Shown: in pieces, positions 25,098 through 35,210 of the stretch | Layout: every line of letters starts with the position of its first letter | Numbering within the stretch: position 1 is the stretch's first letter | Notes under the pieces: generated by a model | What the model was told of the DNA's origin: nothing | Database searches by the model: none | The model's input: the letters and a program-made list of their open reading frames with translations, nothing else | From: an uncultured Trueperaceae bacterium | Lineage (GTDB): Bacteria > Deinococcota > Deinococci > Deinococcales > Trueperaceae | Length of the DNA stretch: 64,000 nucleotides | Assembly (NCBI GenBank): GCA_963815215.1 | Contig: CAWFFU010000011.1 | Coordinates: 288,001-352,000, forward strand | Direction: 5' to 3' | Made by a program: the position numbers and the translations under genes

Positions 25098-26804
25098 TCA
25101 GCGCCTTCGGATGGGGAGGTAACGCGCCTCCCACATCGCTTCGTCGATGCGCGCGCTCAGGTCGTCGCCCAGCTCCGCACGCGCCACGCCGGCGCTCACC
25201 GCTTCCTGCGCCACGGCGGTGGCCACGTAGCGGCTCACGCGGCGCATGGCGCTCACCCGTGGGTAGACCGCGCCCTGCAGGATACGGCCCTGGTCGGTGT
25301 AGTCGGCGAGCGCTTCGGCCGCCGCGCTGAGCATGCCCGGCGTCACGGACTTCGCTCGGGCCACCTTCACGCCGAGGCCCAGGCCCGGGAAGATGAAGGC
25401 GTTGTTGCCCTGGCCCACGCTGTAGCGCACGCCCTTCCAGGTGACTTCGGGGAAGGGGCTGCCGGTGGCGACGATGGCGCGCCCGTCGGTCCAGCGGTAG
25501 ATGTCCTCCGGGATCGCTTCCGAGTAGTCGGTCGGGTTCGACAGCGGGAACACGATGGGCGACGGGGTGTTGGCCGCCACCGCCTCGACGATGCCCTGGT
25601 CGAAGCCACCGCGTTGACCCGAGAGGCCGATGAGGGCCGTGACGTTCCCCTGACGGACCGTCTCGAGCAGGGTCGGGATCGAGCCCGCCACCTGCCAGCC
25701 CGCCACGCGCGAAGGGTCCTGCGCCAGGTCGGCCTTGTAGGCGTCCAGGCCCGGGCGGTCGCTCAACACCAGGCCGCGCGAGTCGACCACGAAGATCCGC
25801 TCGGAGGCCTGGCGCCGGTCGAGCCCCTGACGGATCAGGCCGTCGCGGATCTGGCTGGCGACACCCACCCCGCCGGCGCCCGCACCGTAGACCAGGAACA
25901 CCTCGTCGGTGAGCGGCCTGCGCGACTTTCGGGCAGCCGCCAGCAGGCCGGCGAGCACGACCGCGCCGGTGCCCTGGATGTCGTCGTTGAAGCTGGGGAG
26001 GACGTCCTGATAGCGTTCGAGAACGCTGAAGGCCTTCTGTTTGGAGAAGTCCTCCCACTGCAGCACGGCGTCCGGGAAGCGCTTCTTGAACGCCGTCACG
26101 AAACGCTCCATGAAGTCGTCGTACGCCTGACCCGTCAGCCGCTCGTGCCGCACGCCCAGGTAGAGGGGGTCGTCGAGCAGGTCCTGCCGGTTGGTGCCGA
26201 CGTCGAGCTCGATCGGCAGGGTGGTGGCCGGATCGATCCCGGCCGCGGCCGTGTAGATCGAGAGCTTGCCGATGCAGATGGCCATGCCACCGTAGCCCTG
26301 ATCACCGATGCCGAGGATGCCCTCGGAGTCGGTGGCGACCACCAGCCGAACGTCCGGGATGGGGGTGTTCTCGAACACCTCGTCGACGCGATCGATGTTC
26401 TCCGTGCTGACCACCAGGCCGCGCGGCCAGCGGTAGATGAGGCTGAACTTCTGGACCGCCTCGGCCACGGTGGGGGTGTAGATGATCGGCAGCATCTCCT
26501 CGAGATGCCGCTGGATCAGGGCGTAGAACAGCACCTCGTTGCGGTCCTGCAAGACCCGCAGGTAGATGTGCTTGTCGAGGTTGGTGGTGAAGCGCTGGAA
26601 GTTGGCGTAGGTACGCTGTACCTGTTCGCCGAGCGTCGACACGTGCGGCGGGAACAACCCTTCCAGCCCGAGCTCCTTGCGCTCCTCCAGGCTGAACGCC
26701 GTGCTCTTGTTCAGCAGCGGGAGGCGTGTCAGCACCAGCCCGGGTAGGTCGGTCGCCAGATAGGGGGTTCCTGAATCGTCGGTGAGGCGGTCGTACTGCT
26801 TCAT
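25098..26804 (-). CDS. maeA: NAD-dependent malic enzyme
   Basis: NKSTAF..EER, PIIYTPTV, ILGIGDQG, QWEDF, FNDDIQGTG, GAGAGG, FPLSNPT, QGNNAFIFPG. Confidence 0.93.
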   Translation of the reverse strand: MKQYDRLTDDSGTPYLATDLPGLVLTRLPLLNKSTAFSLEERKELGLEGLFPPHVSTLGEQVQRTYANFQRFTTNLDKHIYLRVLQDRNEVLFYALIQRHLEEMLPIIYTPTVAEAVQKFSLIYRWPRGLVVSTENIDRVDEVFENTPIPDVRLVVATDSEGILGIGDQGYGGMAICIGKLSIYTAAAGIDPATTLPIELDVGTNRQDLLDDPLYLGVRHERLTGQAYDDFMERFVTAFKKRFPDAVLQWEDFSKQKAFSVLERYQDVLPSFNDDIQGTGAVVLAGLLAAARKSRRPLTDEVFLVYGAGAGGVGVASQIRDGLIRQGLDRRQASERIFVVDSRGLVLSDRPGLDAYKADLAQDPSRVAGWQVAGSIPTLLETVRQGNVTALIGLSGQRGGFDQGIVEAVAANTPSPIVFPLSNPTDYSEAIPEDIYRWTDGRAIVATGSPFPEVTWKGVRYSVGQGNNAFIFPGLGLGVKVARAKSVTPGMLSAAAEALADYTDQGRILQGAVYPRVSAMRRVSRYVATAVAQEAVSAGVARAELGDDLSARIDEAMWEARYLPIRRR

Positions 26805-26835
26805 GCCCAGCTCCTGCCTTCTACGCCGCGAGGGG

Positions 26836-28281
26836 TCACTGACCCGCGAGGCGCTTGGATTCCCGTTCGAAGTAGGCGTAGTTCTGATCGTCGGGCTTCA
26901 GCTTCAGGGCATGAGCGAATGCATCGGCGGCATCGGCGTAGCGCTGCTGCTGGAAGTAGAGCCGTCCGAGCGTGCCCCAGGCCGAGGGGAAGGCGGGGTT
27001 CGCCTGGATGGCGGCCTTGAGGTCCTTCTCGGCAGCATCGAACTGGCCCGACTGATACTCCTGGACCCCGGCAACGTACGCCTTGCCGGCGTCGGGGCCG
27101 TAGTCGAGCTGGTGCTTGGCCTGATCGAGGAAGTACGTGGCGCGGCTGTCGCCGGGCGAGCGCTGCAGCACGCCCTGCCAGTACAGGATGGCGTCGCCGT
27201 AGTTGCCGAGTTCCTGGCTGGTGCGGGCGGCCCACACCCACGCCTCGAGGTAGGCGTTGTTGGCCCGCAACGCCGTGACGAAGGCGTCGCTGGCGGCCTG
27301 GACCTGCCCCTTCTGGTACAACGATTGCCCCTCGTAGAAGGCCTTTCCGGCGGCCGTCCCCCAGGTCGCCTCGGCCTGCGCGAGCTGGAGGAAGTAGGCG
27401 GCGCCCTTATCGCTGGGACGGGCCTGGGTGACCCGCTTCCAGTAGCCCACGGCGGTCTCCGGCCGGCCCAGGTCGAGCGCGGTCCGGCCCGCCCACACCG
27501 CCGCATCGGTGAAGTCTGGGTTCGCCGACAGGGCCTGCTCGAAGAGGCTCAGCGCCTGCTGCTTCGATCCCTTGTCGTAGAGGTCGAGGCCGCGCTGGTA
27601 GGCGTCGCTGGCGTTCACGCCCACACGGACCTGCTCCTGCGTGCGCTGCAGGTAGTAGCGGGCGGCCTGGTCGTCGGGCTTCACGCCAACCAGCGCCTGC
27701 CAGTACGGCAGCGCCTTCTGTGGGTCGCCCTGCTCGTAGTAGATCCTCCCCAGCCAGCGCAGCGCCAGCGGGTCGTCGGGCAGGACTTCGTGCACCTTCT
27801 GGTAGTAGCTCAGCGCCGCCGCCTTGTCGCCGGCCTGGTAGCGCAGGAACCCGAGCTGCGTGCCGGCCTCCTCGAACATCGCGGTGTTGCTCACGGCGTC
27901 CGCAGCCAGGCCGCTCATGTCACCGAGCGAACCACCGTCGTTGAGGTAGGCGAGCCACATATTGTAGGCACGCACGTACCACTTGAGCGTGCTGTAGGTG
28001 CGTGCCAGGAACCGCTCGATGGCGGTGTCGTGGGGCGCGGCCTGCAGCGCCTGCTCGCCCGTCCGCCAGGCCAGGCTCCAGTGCGGCTGGTCGGGGTTCG
28101 CCGGCTCGCTCAGGGAGATGGCCTGCTGCCGCGCCTGCTGCGCCTGGCTGAAGAGCTGGTCGGCGTTCGCCGGTCGCTGTGCGGCCGCGGCGGCGAACAG
28201 GCCGAGCGCCAGCAAGGCGCACAGCAGCACGCTGGGGCGCACGCCCGGCCGGCCCGTCATTTCGATCGTGCGGTGAGCCAT
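26836..28281 (-). CDS. Secreted tetratricopeptide-repeat protein
   Basis: Signal peptide and multiple TPR-like repeats (LGRIYYEQGDPQKALPYWQ, AWGTLGRLYFQQQRYADA). Confidence 0.88.
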   Translation of the reverse strand: MAHRTIEMTGRPGVRPSVLLCALLALGLFAAAAAQRPANADQLFSQAQQARQQAISLSEPANPDQPHWSLAWRTGEQALQAAPHDTAIERFLARTYSTLKWYVRAYNMWLAYLNDGGSLGDMSGLAADAVSNTAMFEEAGTQLGFLRYQAGDKAAALSYYQKVHEVLPDDPLALRWLGRIYYEQGDPQKALPYWQALVGVKPDDQAARYYLQRTQEQVRVGVNASDAYQRGLDLYDKGSKQQALSLFEQALSANPDFTDAAVWAGRTALDLGRPETAVGYWKRVTQARPSDKGAAYFLQLAQAEATWGTAAGKAFYEGQSLYQKGQVQAASDAFVTALRANNAYLEAWVWAARTSQELGNYGDAILYWQGVLQRSPGDSRATYFLDQAKHQLDYGPDAGKAYVAGVQEYQSGQFDAAEKDLKAAIQANPAFPSAWGTLGRLYFQQQRYADAADAFAHALKLKPDDQNYAYFERESKRLAGQ

Positions 28282-28739
28282 ACGACCTCCTGTGACGTTC
28301 GGATCACGTACAGCAGGCGTTCCCCGTCGTTCCCCTGGAACACGATGTGGGTGCGGTCCTCGGCACCGACCGTCTGCTCGGTGCGGTCAGATTGGAAGTA
28401 GCCGTCGACAGCGAACGCCGTCTCGATGTTATGGACGTAACCGGCCTGCAGGCTCTTGAGGAGCCCGCTGGCCTCGTACACTTCCCAATCGGTCCAGCGG
28501 TCCCGGTCGGGGACGCGCGCGATCACCGCCTCCGTCCCCTTTCCGACGGCCCGCAAGGTCCCGCGGGGCAGGCTCAGCGAGGGGTCGAACGTCGCGGAGA
28601 TGGCGGTGCTCACCATCACGTCCGCCAACAGCTGGGCGTGCGCCGCCGGAGCCAGCACCCCCACCGCGCACAGCGCCGCCAGCGCCACCGCGCGCCCGAG
28701 AACGCCGTGCGCAGGACGGTTGTGCCGTGGGCTCGCCAT
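28257..28739 (-). CDS. Hypothetical secreted protein
   Basis: Signal peptide ending AHA; -10 TAGACT 6 nt before the ATG; overlaps the TPR gene start. Confidence 0.7.
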   Translation of the reverse strand: MASPRHNRPAHGVLGRAVALAALCAVGVLAPAAHAQLLADVMVSTAISATFDPSLSLPRGTLRAVGKGTEAVIARVPDRDRWTDWEVYEASGLLKSLQAGYVHNIETAFAVDGYFQSDRTEQTVGAEDRTHIVFQGNDGERLLYVIRTSQEVVWLTARSK

Positions 28740-28870
28740 GTGCCGAGTCTACCACCGGCAGTTGAACGTGCCATGAAGCCGCTGGGAGTCTGAGTAAACG
28801 CCGGGGCACGGCGCGCCCGGTAGCGCTGCCGCCACGGACGGCGCCGGGGCGCACGGTAGAATGCGAAGCC

Positions 28871-30184
28871 ATGTTCCAGAGCCTCGGCGACCGATTGCAA
28901 AGCGTATTCGACGGCCTGCGCGGCAGGGGCCGCCTGAGCGAGGCCGATGTCAAGGCGGCCCTGCGCGAGGTGCGCATCGCCCTGCTGGAGGCCGACGTCA
29001 ACCTCGAGGTCGCCCGCGACTTCACCAGGCGCGTCCAGGAGAAAGCCATCGGCTCCGACACGCTGATGTCGCTCAACCCCGATCAGCGCGTGATCGCCAT
29101 CGTGCAGGAGGAATTGGTCGAAGTCCTCGGCGGCAAGGCCGTGCAGCCCACCCTGGCCAACGACCGCAACGTTTGGATGCTCATGGGCCTTCAGGGAGCC
29201 GGCAAGACCACCACCGCCGGCAAGCTGGCCTACAAGTACAAAGGTCAGGGCCGCCGCCCGTTGCTGGTGGCCGCCGACACCCAGCGCCCCGCCGCACGCG
29301 AGCAGCTCAAGGTACTCGGCAGGCAGATCGGGGTGCCGGTCTTCGAAGTGCAGGACGACGAGGCGCCCACGAGCATCGCCCGGCGCCTGGAGGCCCACCT
29401 GCGGCAGGACTTCCGCGACCTGGTCATCGTCGACACGGCCGGCCGCCTGCAGATCGACGACGCCTTGATGGAGCAACTGGTGCAGCTCCGCGATCAGATC
29501 GGCCCGAGCGAGCGCATCCTGGTGGTCGACGCCATGACCGGGCAACAGTCGCTGCCGGTCGCCAACACCTTCGACGAGCGCGTCGGCGTCACCGGCCTGG
29601 TGATGACGAAGCTCGACGGTGACGCCCGCGGCGGCGCGGCGCTGTCGGCCCGGCACGTGACCGGCAAGCCCGTCTACTTCGCCGGCATGAGCGAGAAGAT
29701 CGACGGGCTGGAGCCGTTCCATCCAGACCGCATCGCCGGACGCATCCTGGGGATGGGCGACGTGCTCACCCTCATCGAGAAGGCCCGGGCGCTCGAGGGC
29801 GACGAGGAGGAGCTGGACTCCAGGAGCCTATCGGACTTCAGCCTGCAGGACATGCTCACGCAGATGCGACGGATCAAGCAGATGGGCTCGTTCGGCGACG
29901 TGCTGAAGATGATCCCGGGCGCGTCCAAGGTGCTGCCGGCCGAAGGGGTCGACGAGCGTGAGATCCTGCGGGTCGAAGCGATCATCTCGAGCATGACCGA
30001 GAGAGAACGGCTCAAGCCGCGCCTGCTCAACGCCAGCCGCCGCAAGCGCATCGCGCGCGGATCGGGGACGACGGTACAGGACGTGAACCGCCTCATGCGC
30101 AACTACGAGGAGATGCGCAAGATGATGAAGCGCATGGGCCGCCGGGCTCCGGGCAAGCGCATGCCCCCGGGCTTCCGGGGCTGA
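28871..30184 (+). CDS. ffh: Signal recognition particle protein
   Basis: [32 protein letters not shown]-domain [11 protein letters not shown]. Confidence 0.97.
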   Translation: MFQSLGDRLQSVFDGLRGRGRLSEADVKAALREVRIALLEADVNLEVARDFTRRVQEKAIGSDTLMSLNPDQRVIAIVQEELVEVLGGKAVQPTLANDRNVWMLMGLQGAGKTTTAGKLAYKYKGQGRRPLLVAADTQRPAAREQLKVLGRQIGVPVFEVQDDEAPTSIARRLEAHLRQDFRDLVIVDTAGRLQIDDALMEQLVQLRDQIGPSERILVVDAMTGQQSLPVANTFDERVGVTGLVMTKLDGDARGGAALSARHVTGKPVYFAGMSEKIDGLEPFHPDRIAGRILGMGDVLTLIEKARALEGDEEELDSRSLSDFSLQDMLTQMRRIKQMGSFGDVLKMIPGASKVLPAEGVDEREILRVEAIISSMTERERLKPRLLNASRRKRIARGSGTTVQDVNRLMRNYEEMRKMMKRMGRRAPGKRMPPGFRG

Positions 30185-30316
30185 TGCTCGTGGTCAACGA
30201 CCGCGTCGACGGCGAGCAGCGAATGGCGGCTTTGCGCCGGCGCCGGGGAACCGTGTAGACTGGACCACTGCGACGGCTGCGGCGTAAGGTCCGCGTGCCC
30301 GACCGACGGAGGCAGC

Positions 30317-30619
30317 ATGGTCAAGATCCGCCTGACGCGCATGGGCTCCAAGCGCAACCCCCACTACCGGATGGTCGTGGTGGACGCGCGCAAGAAGCGC
30401 AGCGCCGACTACATCGAACAGATCGGCTACTACGATCCGCGCGAGACGACCCCCAACGCTTTGCGGGTCGAAGCTGAACGCGCCAGCTACTGGCTCGAGC
30501 AGGGTGCCCAACCTACCGACACGGTGGTCCGCCTGCTGGAGAAGGCCGGCGTGAGCGTGCCGGGCGTGGAGGCCAAGAAGCGGGCCGACTACGTACGCCG
30601 CACGGAGGCTCGAGCCTAG
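30317..30619 (+). CDS. rpsP: 30S ribosomal protein S16
   Basis: [33 protein letters not shown]. Confidence 0.97.
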   Translation: MVKIRLTRMGSKRNPHYRMVVVDARKKRSADYIEQIGYYDPRETTPNALRVEAERASYWLEQGAQPTDTVVRLLEKAGVSVPGVEAKKRADYVRRTEARA

Positions 30620-30642
30620 GCCCGGCCTAGGCGAGGCGCGCG

Positions 30643-30873
30643 ATGCCCCTCGAGCTCGTCACCTACATCGTCCAGAACCTCGTTGCCGAACCCGAGCAGC
30701 TCGGCATCACAGCGCAGCGCGGCGACAAGGGCCTGCGCATCGAGATCCGTTGCGCGCCCGACGACGCCGGGCGAGTGATCGGTCGCGGCGGCCGCGTGAT
30801 CAACGCCATCCGCACGCTGGCGCGGGCGGCTGCCGACGGTCGCCAGCGCGTCGAGGTCCAGCTGATCGACTAG
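30643..30873 (+). CDS. khpA: KH-domain RNA-binding protein
   Basis: D.GRVIGRGGRVINAIRT; conserved position after rpsP. Confidence 0.9.
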   Translation: MPLELVTYIVQNLVAEPEQLGITAQRGDKGLRIEIRCAPDDAGRVIGRGGRVINAIRTLARAAADGRQRVEVQLID

Positions 30874-30908
30874 GGCGCGGGGCCCGCTTCCGGCCCGGGA
30901 GAGGGCGC

Positions 30909-31427
30909 GTGCCCGGAGACCCCACAGCCACCATCCCCCCCGAGGGGTTCATCAAGATCGGCGTTCTGGGACGGGCGTTCCAGCTCGAAGGCGGAGTGCG
31001 CCTCCATCCCGGGCCGGCCGCTGGGCCGCTCGTGCTCGATCGCGTGCAAGGCGTGTTCGTGATGGGTTACGGTCCGGCGTCGATCCGACAGGTTCGCCGG
31101 CACGGGGACGATATCCTGCTCTACCTGCAGGGCGTGCGTGATCGCGAGGGCGCCCAGCGGCTCACCGGAGCGGAGGTGTTCGCACCGTCGTCGGCCGTGC
31201 CCGACGACGCAGACGACGCCTCGTCGCTGACGGGCGCCGAGGTGATGCAGCTGGGGCGCGCCGTGGGCCGCGTGCACGAGGTCCGCCACAACGCCGTCAA
31301 CCCGTTGCTGGTGATCCTCACCGCCGGCGGTGAGGTGCTGGTGCCGTTGAACGCTCCCTACGTGGTGGTGCAGGCCGGCCGCGTCGAGCTCGTCGACCCT
31401 CCCGAGGGGCTGCTGGATCCCACGTGA
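30909..31427 (+). CDS. rimM: 16S rRNA processing protein RimM
   Basis: IG.LGRAF.L.G.V, DRE.A..L.G, EVLVP, PPEGLL; located between the KH gene and trmD. Confidence 0.88.
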   Translation: MPGDPTATIPPEGFIKIGVLGRAFQLEGGVRLHPGPAAGPLVLDRVQGVFVMGYGPASIRQVRRHGDDILLYLQGVRDREGAQRLTGAEVFAPSSAVPDDADDASSLTGAEVMQLGRAVGRVHEVRHNAVNPLLVILTAGGEVLVPLNAPYVVVQAGRVELVDPPEGLLDPT

Positions 31428-32161
31428 AGGTCACCGTCTACACCCTGTTCCCACAACTCGTCACGCCCTATCTGCAGGAAGCGCTGCTCGGCCGCGCCAT
31501 CGAGCGCGGCCTGCTCACGGTCGAGACACGCGACCTGCGGCGCTTCGCCGGCAACCGCACCGGCCGCGTCGACGACGCACCCTACGGCGGTGGCGCCGGC
31601 ATGGTCATCCGCGTCGATGTCGCTGCGGCGGCCGTACGCGAAGCCCAGCGCGACGCGCCGCCCCCCGACGAGACAGTGCTCCTCTCTCCCGCCGGCCGGC
31701 CGCTCGACCAGGCGCTCGTCGAGCACTGGGCAGGCCTGCAGCACCTGGCGTTGATCGCCGGCCGCTACGAGGGCTTCGATGCCCGCGCTGAAGCGCTGGT
31801 GACCCGCGAGGTATCCGTCGGAGATTTCGTACTCATGGGCGGTGAGTTGCCCGCCCTGTGCATCCTGGAAGCGGTGGCGCGGCTGCTGCCAGGCGCCCTT
31901 GGCGACGCCGAGAGCCATCGCCAGGACTCCTTCACCACCGGGCTGCTCGACTACCCGGAGTACACCCGCCCGCTGGTCTTCGAGGACGCCGAAGTGCCCG
32001 AGGTGCTGCGGTCGGGCCACCATGCCCGCATCGACGCCTGGCGCCGGCGCGAGGCCCTGAAGCGCACCCTGGCCCGGCGCCCCGACCTGCTCGAGCGCGC
32101 CCCGCTCGATGACGACGACCTGGCCGTGCTGGCGGCGCTGCGCGCCGAGCGCGAGGCTTGA
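31424..32161 (+). CDS. trmD: tRNA (guanine37-N1)-methyltransferase
   Basis: TLFP, VDDAPYGGGAGM, GRYEGFD.R, SVGDFVLMGGE, YPEYTRP. Confidence 0.97.
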   Translation: MKVTVYTLFPQLVTPYLQEALLGRAIERGLLTVETRDLRRFAGNRTGRVDDAPYGGGAGMVIRVDVAAAAVREAQRDAPPPDETVLLSPAGRPLDQALVEHWAGLQHLALIAGRYEGFDARAEALVTREVSVGDFVLMGGELPALCILEAVARLLPGALGDAESHRQDSFTTGLLDYPEYTRPLVFEDAEVPEVLRSGHHARIDAWRRREALKRTLARRPDLLERAPLDDDDLAVLAALRAEREA

Positions 32162-32301
32162 GCGCCGCCACCTCGCCGGGGGCGTCGCGCTCCCGAGGAG
32201 CCCAACGGAACGTCCCCGCCGCGAAGCTAGCGCGGCGGGGACGACCGTTTCCGGGGCCCAGAGGCGTCCGGCTGCGGTCCGGACGATCCTCCCGGCACGC
32301 T

Positions 32302-32829
32302 CTAGCCGCCGGAGGCCGGTATGGCGCCGTCCTTCTTCATCTGGTCGATGACCTGCGGCGTGATGTCGAGGTTCTGGTCGGCGTAGACGACCAGGCCGCT
32401 GCCGCCGCTGCCGGCGGCGCGCGAGTCCAGCACGATGGTGTAGCCGTCCTGCTGGGCAACCTCCTTGATCGCCGTGTTCACCGCGAGGACCGCCGGCTGC
32501 GCGGCGTTCTGGATGTCGGTCTGGTAGCGCTTCTGAACGGCATTGAGCGTCGTGACCAGGGTCTGGTAGCGTTCGCTCTCCTGCGGCGTGAGCTGCTGCC
32601 CCTGCTGCTGCTTCTGCGACAGGGCGTCGATCTTGGTGCGCAGGCCGTTGATCTCGGTCTGCGCCTGCTGCTTGAGCTGGTCGGCCTTCTTGCCCGCTGG
32701 GTGGGCATTGATGGCGGCCTGCGAATCGACGAACGCGATGTGGGCGGGCTGGTTCTGCACGCTCGGGCTGGCCGCCACCAAGGCGACGAGCAGTACGGCG
32801 GCGAGTGCGGCGAGGGTGAGTCTCTTCAT
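32302..32829 (-). CDS. OmpH/Skp periplasmic chaperone
   Basis: Signal peptide, IAFVD, coiled coil, AI.EVA...GY.IVLD, VVYAD..LDIT..VI. Confidence 0.85.
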   Translation of the reverse strand: MKRLTLAALAAVLLVALVAASPSVQNQPAHIAFVDSQAAINAHPAGKKADQLKQQAQTEINGLRTKIDALSQKQQQGQQLTPQESERYQTLVTTLNAVQKRYQTDIQNAAQPAVLAVNTAIKEVAQQDGYTIVLDSRAAGSGGSGLVVYADQNLDITPQVIDQMKKDGAIPASGG

Positions 32830-32963
32830 AGCGCGGGTAGTCTACCACCAGCATGATGAGAAGCTAGGTCTCGCGAGGTTACGTCTGTGTCACGATCTCT
32901 CCTCTGTTCTCGCCCCGGGCCGCGTGCCCTTCACGGCTCCCGGCCCGTCCCGGCAGGACGGCG

Positions 32964-34112
32964 GTGAACTCGCTCGTAGCGGTTTTCGTCGGCGTCCTCG
33001 GCGCGTTGGTTGGGAGCTTCGGCAACGTGGTCGTCTACCGGCTCCCCCGCCGTGAGTCGATCGTCTTCCCGGGCAGCCACTGCCCGACGTGCAACCACCG
33101 CCTGGGACCCCTCGAGCTGGTGCCTCTGCTGTCGTTCCTGGCCCTCCGCGGCCGCTGCCGCTCGTGTGGGGCGCCGATCAGCTGGCGCTACCCGCTGGTG
33201 GAGGCCGCGATGGCGACGCTGTTCGTGGCCCTCGTGTTGCGCTGGCCCCCTCTCGATGCCGGGCTCAGCGCGCTACCGCTGATGGCGGTATTGGCGATGC
33301 TGCTGATGGCAGCGCTCATCGACCTCGATCACTTCATCCTGCCCGACGTGCTGACGCTGCCCGCCCTGGTGTTGGCGTTGGCCGGCAGCCTGCTCTACGC
33401 ACCGGACCGCGGCTTGCCCACCCCGAACGCCGCCCTGGCCGGGGCGGCGGCGGGCGCCGGGGTGCTGCTGCTGATCAACCGCCTCGGCGCCCTGGTGCTG
33501 CGCCGGTTCGCGGACACACGCGAACGGCTGTGGCCCATCAGCCTGGATCAGGCCAACCTCGCGGCGCTGGGCGGTGCGGTCGGCGGATGGCAGGTCGGAC
33601 TGGCGCTGGGCGCGGTCAGCGTGCTGGTCAACCTGATCGCGCGGCGCCCCGTGCGCCTGCCCGAGGGGCCGCTCTACGGGCTGTGGGCTGTGGCGCTGGT
33701 GCTGTCGACGACGAGCTTCACCGTCGCCCCGGCCGTCGCGCTCGGCGGCAGCGTGCTGGCGGCCGGCATATGGGCCGTCATCGGCGCCGTCTTCTGGTGG
33801 ATCAAGGACACGTCGACCGGCGCGAAGGACGAAGCGGAGGCGGAGGACGAGGCCGACGCGGAGCCCGTCGCGATGGGCTTCGGCGACGTCAAGCTGGCGG
33901 CGGTGCTCGGTGCGCTCCTCGGCTGGGAGGTGTTCCTGGTCGGTCTCCTGCTGTCCGTCACGCTGGGCGCGATCGCAGGCATCATCGCCCGCATGTTCGG
34001 CGGCGACCGCGTCATCCCCTTCGGACCGGCGCTGCTGGTGGGCGGCCTACTGGCGCTGTTCGTCGGCCACGACATCGTGGCGTGGTACCTGGGCCTGCTC
34101 GGCGTGGCCTGA
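32964..34112 (+). CDS. pilD: Prepilin peptidase/N-methyltransferase (A24)
   Basis: GSF.NVVVYRLP, SHCPTC..GRCRSC, YPLVE, ID, MGFGDVKL, IPFGP.L. Confidence 0.93.
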   Translation: MNSLVAVFVGVLGALVGSFGNVVVYRLPRRESIVFPGSHCPTCNHRLGPLELVPLLSFLALRGRCRSCGAPISWRYPLVEAAMATLFVALVLRWPPLDAGLSALPLMAVLAMLLMAALIDLDHFILPDVLTLPALVLALAGSLLYAPDRGLPTPNAALAGAAAGAGVLLLINRLGALVLRRFADTRERLWPISLDQANLAALGGAVGGWQVGLALGAVSVLVNLIARRPVRLPEGPLYGLWAVALVLSTTSFTVAPAVALGGSVLAAGIWAVIGAVFWWIKDTSTGAKDEAEAEDEADAEPVAMGFGDVKLAAVLGALLGWEVFLVGLLLSVTLGAIAGIIARMFGGDRVIPFGPALLVGGLLALFVGHDIVAWYLGLLGVA

Positions 34113-34262
34113 GGGCCGACACGGGACGCGGGCCGAATGCGCGGTTGCGGGCCGCCGCCGGCTCGAAGGACCTCAGGCACACCGTGGTAGAGTCGGAACC
34201 ATTCGCCCGGGGCCGTCAGGGCCGCGCATCAGGCGTGAGCCGGTCCCCGGAGAGGGGTGCGC

Positions 34263-35210
34263 ATGGATGTCTTGCGAGTGCCGAGCCTGAGGGGGCGCGA
34301 CCTGTTGTCGCTGGCGGAGGTGAGCTCCGAGGAGTTCCACGGCCTGATCGACAGTGGGGTTCAACTGAAGCGCGCTTGGAAGAATGGCGATCGGCCCGAG
34401 CTCCTGAAGCACAAGACCATCGCCATGATCTTCGAGAAGCAGTCGCTGCGCACGCGCTCGACCTTCGACATCGCCATGGCGCAGCTCGGTGGGCATTCGG
34501 TCCTACTCAGCCAGAACTACATCGGCTGGGGCGTACGCGAGACCATCCGTGATGTCGCACACAACCTGGAGCGCTGGGTCGAGGGCATCATGGCCCGGAC
34601 CTACGGCCACGACACTCTGACCGGACTGGCGCGCCACGCCGACGTCCCCGTCATCAACGCCCTGTCCGATCTGGCGCACCCGTGCCAGTTGCTGGCGGAC
34701 TACATGACGCTGCGCGAGACCTTCGGCGAGTTGCGCGGGCTGAAGCTCACCTTCGTCGGTGACGGCAACAACGTCTGCAACTCGCACATCGAGGCGGCCA
34801 CCCACGCCGGCGTGCAGCTGACCATCGCCTGCCCGGAGGGCTTCGACCCGGACGCCGCGGTGCTGGCGAACGCGCGGGAGCGAGGCGGAGACATCCGCAT
34901 CGTCCGCGACCCGCGCGCGGCCGCCGAAGGGGCGGACGCCCTGTACACCGACGTGTGGATCTCGATGGGCATGGAGGAGGAGGCCGAGGCCCGCCGCAAG
35001 GCGTTCACCGGCTACACCATCACCCCAACGTGGTTCGAGAGCCTGTCGCCGCGCGGCGTGTTCATGCACGACCTGCCCGCCCACTACGGTGAGGAGTGCA
35101 CCGAAGATGCCGTCTACCACGAACGAAGTGTCGTCTTCGACCAGGCCGAGAACCGTCTCCACGCCCACAAGGCCGCGTTGGTGCAACTGCTGGCGGATCC
35201 GGAGGCGTAG
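34263..35210 (+). CDS. argF: Ornithine carbamoyltransferase
   Basis: FEKQSLRTR, HPCQLLAD, GDGNNV, YTDVWISMG, FMHDLPA, QAENRLH. Confidence 0.92.
   Translation: MDVLRVPSLRGRDLLSLAEVSSEEFHGLIDSGVQLKRAWKNGDRPELLKHKTIAMIFEKQSLRTRSTFDIAMAQLGGHSVLLSQNYIGWGVRETIRDVAHNLERWVEGIMARTYGHDTLTGLARHADVPVINALSDLAHPCQLLADYMTLRETFGELRGLKLTFVGDGNNVCNSHIEAATHAGVQLTIACPEGFDPDAAVLANARERGGDIRIVRDPRAAAEGADALYTDVWISMGMEEEAEARRKAFTGYTITPTWFESLSPRGVFMHDLPAHYGEECTEDAVYHERSVVFDQAENRLHAHKAALVQLLADPEA

Noticed and set aside
32162..32301. Absence of rplS after trmD
   Set aside because: rplS is often unlinked; no remnant here and nothing unusual
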